The notes below the pieces were generated by a model that saw nothing but the letters and a program-made list of their open reading frames with translations, had not been told where the DNA came from and made no database searches. Shown here piece by piece: positions 61,991 through 64,000 of a stretch of 64,000 bases of DNA. The translations under genes and the position numbers were made by a program. Each line of letters opens with the position of its first letter. The first letter of the stretch is position 1. Source of the stretch: Polymyxa betae A26-41 (taxonomy: Eukaryota; Protista; Endomyxa: Phytomyxea); assembly GCA_003693705.1 (NCBI GenBank), contig RBZT01000588.1:62001-126000 (forward strand), in the 5' to 3' direction.

Positions 61991-63531
61991 ATGTTTAAAA
62001 GGGTCAGGCAGCGGTCATGGCGTCGCGGTCGAATGCCTCTCGATGCTATGGCGGAACATGCCATTACAGCTACGGGAGCCAAATTGAATCCGGATTGGGA
62101 TCACGCTCTATACCCTCCTGATCTACCAAATTTGACATACCCATCACTTTCCGAGTTTCGTTTGGGACATCCAATGAAATTTCCAGCATCGTTTGCCCAA
62201 AGCGAATCAGAACGAAGCTGCCTCGATCGAATCCTGGCAGTATTATCGCATCAGTAGGTGATGATGCCTGATTTCCACCGAACTAAGTAGCTGAAACAAT
62301 CTTTTCAGAAATCCAGATCTTGAACATTGTCCGCTTTTGGTGTTAATCATGGCATTGATGCTGAAATTCACTGATTCCTCCCGGTACTGGTAGATCTTTG
62401 TTCATGCATTCCGTTATATGTGCTTAGAGCTTATGCGGTTGGTCAAGCAATGATCGATAAATCACGAAGATCGGCAAACACAGTATGGCTGTACTTTCCT
62501 ATCACAGTCCATGGCTTTATTCAAGCCGTTTCGGCACTTCAGCAGCTGTGTAAATTCAAAGGAAATTCTTCCGTTCTTTGTCCATTATTATCTGGCGAAA
62601 TGTTCGCACATTTCCCTTTACATATTCAATTACAGATCCTGGCTTGCTATTTCGCAGAGGGATATAAGATCATGTATCGGATGGCAATTGTCTGTATGGA
62701 TGAATGCAGATTTTCAAACAACGATAACGTAATTAGCGTTTATAAGTTGTGGTCATCAAAATCTGAAAGTGATTAGTTCTACTATGACGAATTACTGCAT
62801 TATTGCTCGAACGTCTCTTTAGACAAACAGTTGAAGCGAATGTTTCGGTACAGGTTAAGTCGTTCGGAGATTGCATTTTTCATTGAAAGCGCTGTCGTGA
62901 AGTATGATCAAAGGCATGAGATAGATCACCACCGCCAAAGAGTTCATTGGCCCGTTATCGACAACATTCGTTCTACTTCCCATATTATTTCAGTTCAGCT
63001 TTGGATCAATATTTGGGCTCATGTGCTTCCTTCACGATTAGTCCATTCTGTTCCTGCGTTAGCTTTCTGCACAGCAAGAGATGGTTATTCGTATTTAACG
63101 ATGCTCCGAAGAGCAGGAGATGCACATGCACCATGTTCCGTTGTCCTAGCTGATGATATCAATAACGTGCTAGGCATATTCTTGCCTGCAGGCTTACAAT
63201 CGGGACTTTCCAATGGTTCAGAAGCAGTAATATTCTCTCATTTTGGGAAGTTCCACTTCTGGCATCTTTCTGATGAAGAAAGCGAGAACAATGCGAGTTC
63301 AATCTTTTGCAAATTGGACAATTCATTGTCTTTAATAATAGGGTATGCAGCTGGTAACAACAAAAGGGAAGCTGGCTCAATGTTGAACCTAGGAAAAGAA
63401 TGATTCTATCTATATCAGAAGACATGTCAACGGGTGTTGCGAATTCTGTCTTCTTTTCTCCAAGCATAGATAAGACGAGTGAATCCAAAGAATTCAATAT
63501 CAATCATATCGAAATCATTTCTCATTGTTAA
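61991..63531 (+). CDS. TBC plus TLDc domain protein (TBC1D24-like), multi-exon
   Basis: PDLEHCPLL, CYFAEGYKIMYRMA (TBC); FCTARDGYS, NVLGIFL, SEAVIFS, SLIIG, FNINHIEI (TLDc). Confidence 0.75.
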
Positions 63532-63574
63532 AGATGTTTGCCTTACAATCTACACCGAAATCGAAAATTTTACT

Positions 63575-64000
63575 TCATAACGCAAACATGTCATCGATGT
63601 CATTATCGGCATCAACTTGAGTAAGGGTCTTCAGCGGTTGAATGCGTTTGCACTCTACTTGGCTGGGAACTCTATCAAGCTGAAAATGATCAATCCATGA
63701 CCAAGGGTCTTTTTCGTTATCCTGTTCCTGGTCGTCGAGTTGACAACAATTTTGCTCACCGGACTCATTCTTGAGCTTTGACTTTGTCGGCAAAAACGAG
63801 TGCGAATGACTGTCCGGTAACGATTGGGTGACAACTCCAACCTCTTTTGGATTCGAATCATATTTGGAAATGGGTGAAGGAGAAACGAAGGGGCAAGGAG
63901 GCGAGCTCTTGTTTACACAATCGATCTCGTTTAACTCTGCCTCATCTATAGATAAAGGCAAAGGAGAATCAAAAGAAAATGAACTGGAAGAGACATCCCT
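63575..64000 (-). CDS. 3' end of a hypothetical gene running off the window
   Basis: Open frame ending DNDIDDMFAL*. Confidence 0.5.
   Translation of the reverse strand, partial: RDVSSSSFSFDSPLPLSIDEAELNEIDCVNKSSPPCPFVSPSPISKYDSNPKEVGVVTQSLPDSHSHSFLPTKSKLKNESGEQNCCQLDDQEQDNEKDPWSWIDHFQLDRVPSQVECKRIQPLKTLTQVDADNDIDDMFAL

Noticed and set aside
1-64000. Prokaryotic systems (CRISPR array, operons, defence islands)
   Set aside because: The sequence is eukaryotic with spliceosomal introns, and no repeat-spacer array was seen

Overview
Gene-dense eukaryotic (protist) DNA, roughly 45% GC by eye, with many 45-60 nt GT-AG introns that break most genes across several ORF-track entries. The short introns, the ciliary gene TBC1D31 and the TTAGGG/TTTTAGGG-like motifs suggest a plasmodiophorid plant parasite such as Spongospora; this is inference only. 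About 35 genes can be supported. Housekeeping genes: PRP28, SUA5, STRAP, RPS10, FCF2, VPS26C, TBC1D31, PP2C, a ZIP transporter, a LYR protein, INTS7-like, Treslin-like and TBC/TLDc. Lipid enzymes: DGAT2 and a peroxisomal FAR-acyltransferase fusion. From about 47 to 60 kb lies a GC-heterogeneous region with effector-like and damaged genes, followed by a decayed Ty3/Gypsy integrase. The strongest candidates for undescribed biology are: (1) a MenA/UbiA prenyltransferase fused to a class A flavin monooxygenase; (2) a single-chain triple purine nucleoside phosphorylase with one intact and two degenerate domains; (3) a BRCT-Pol X lacking all three catalytic aspartates; (4) a Crinkler-header-like ubiquitin-fold domain spliced to a RING-H2 E3; (5) a secreted, free-standing subtilase-propeptide-like protein. 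All family assignments come from recognising motifs by eye, not from database searches, and all exon joins are manual predictions.
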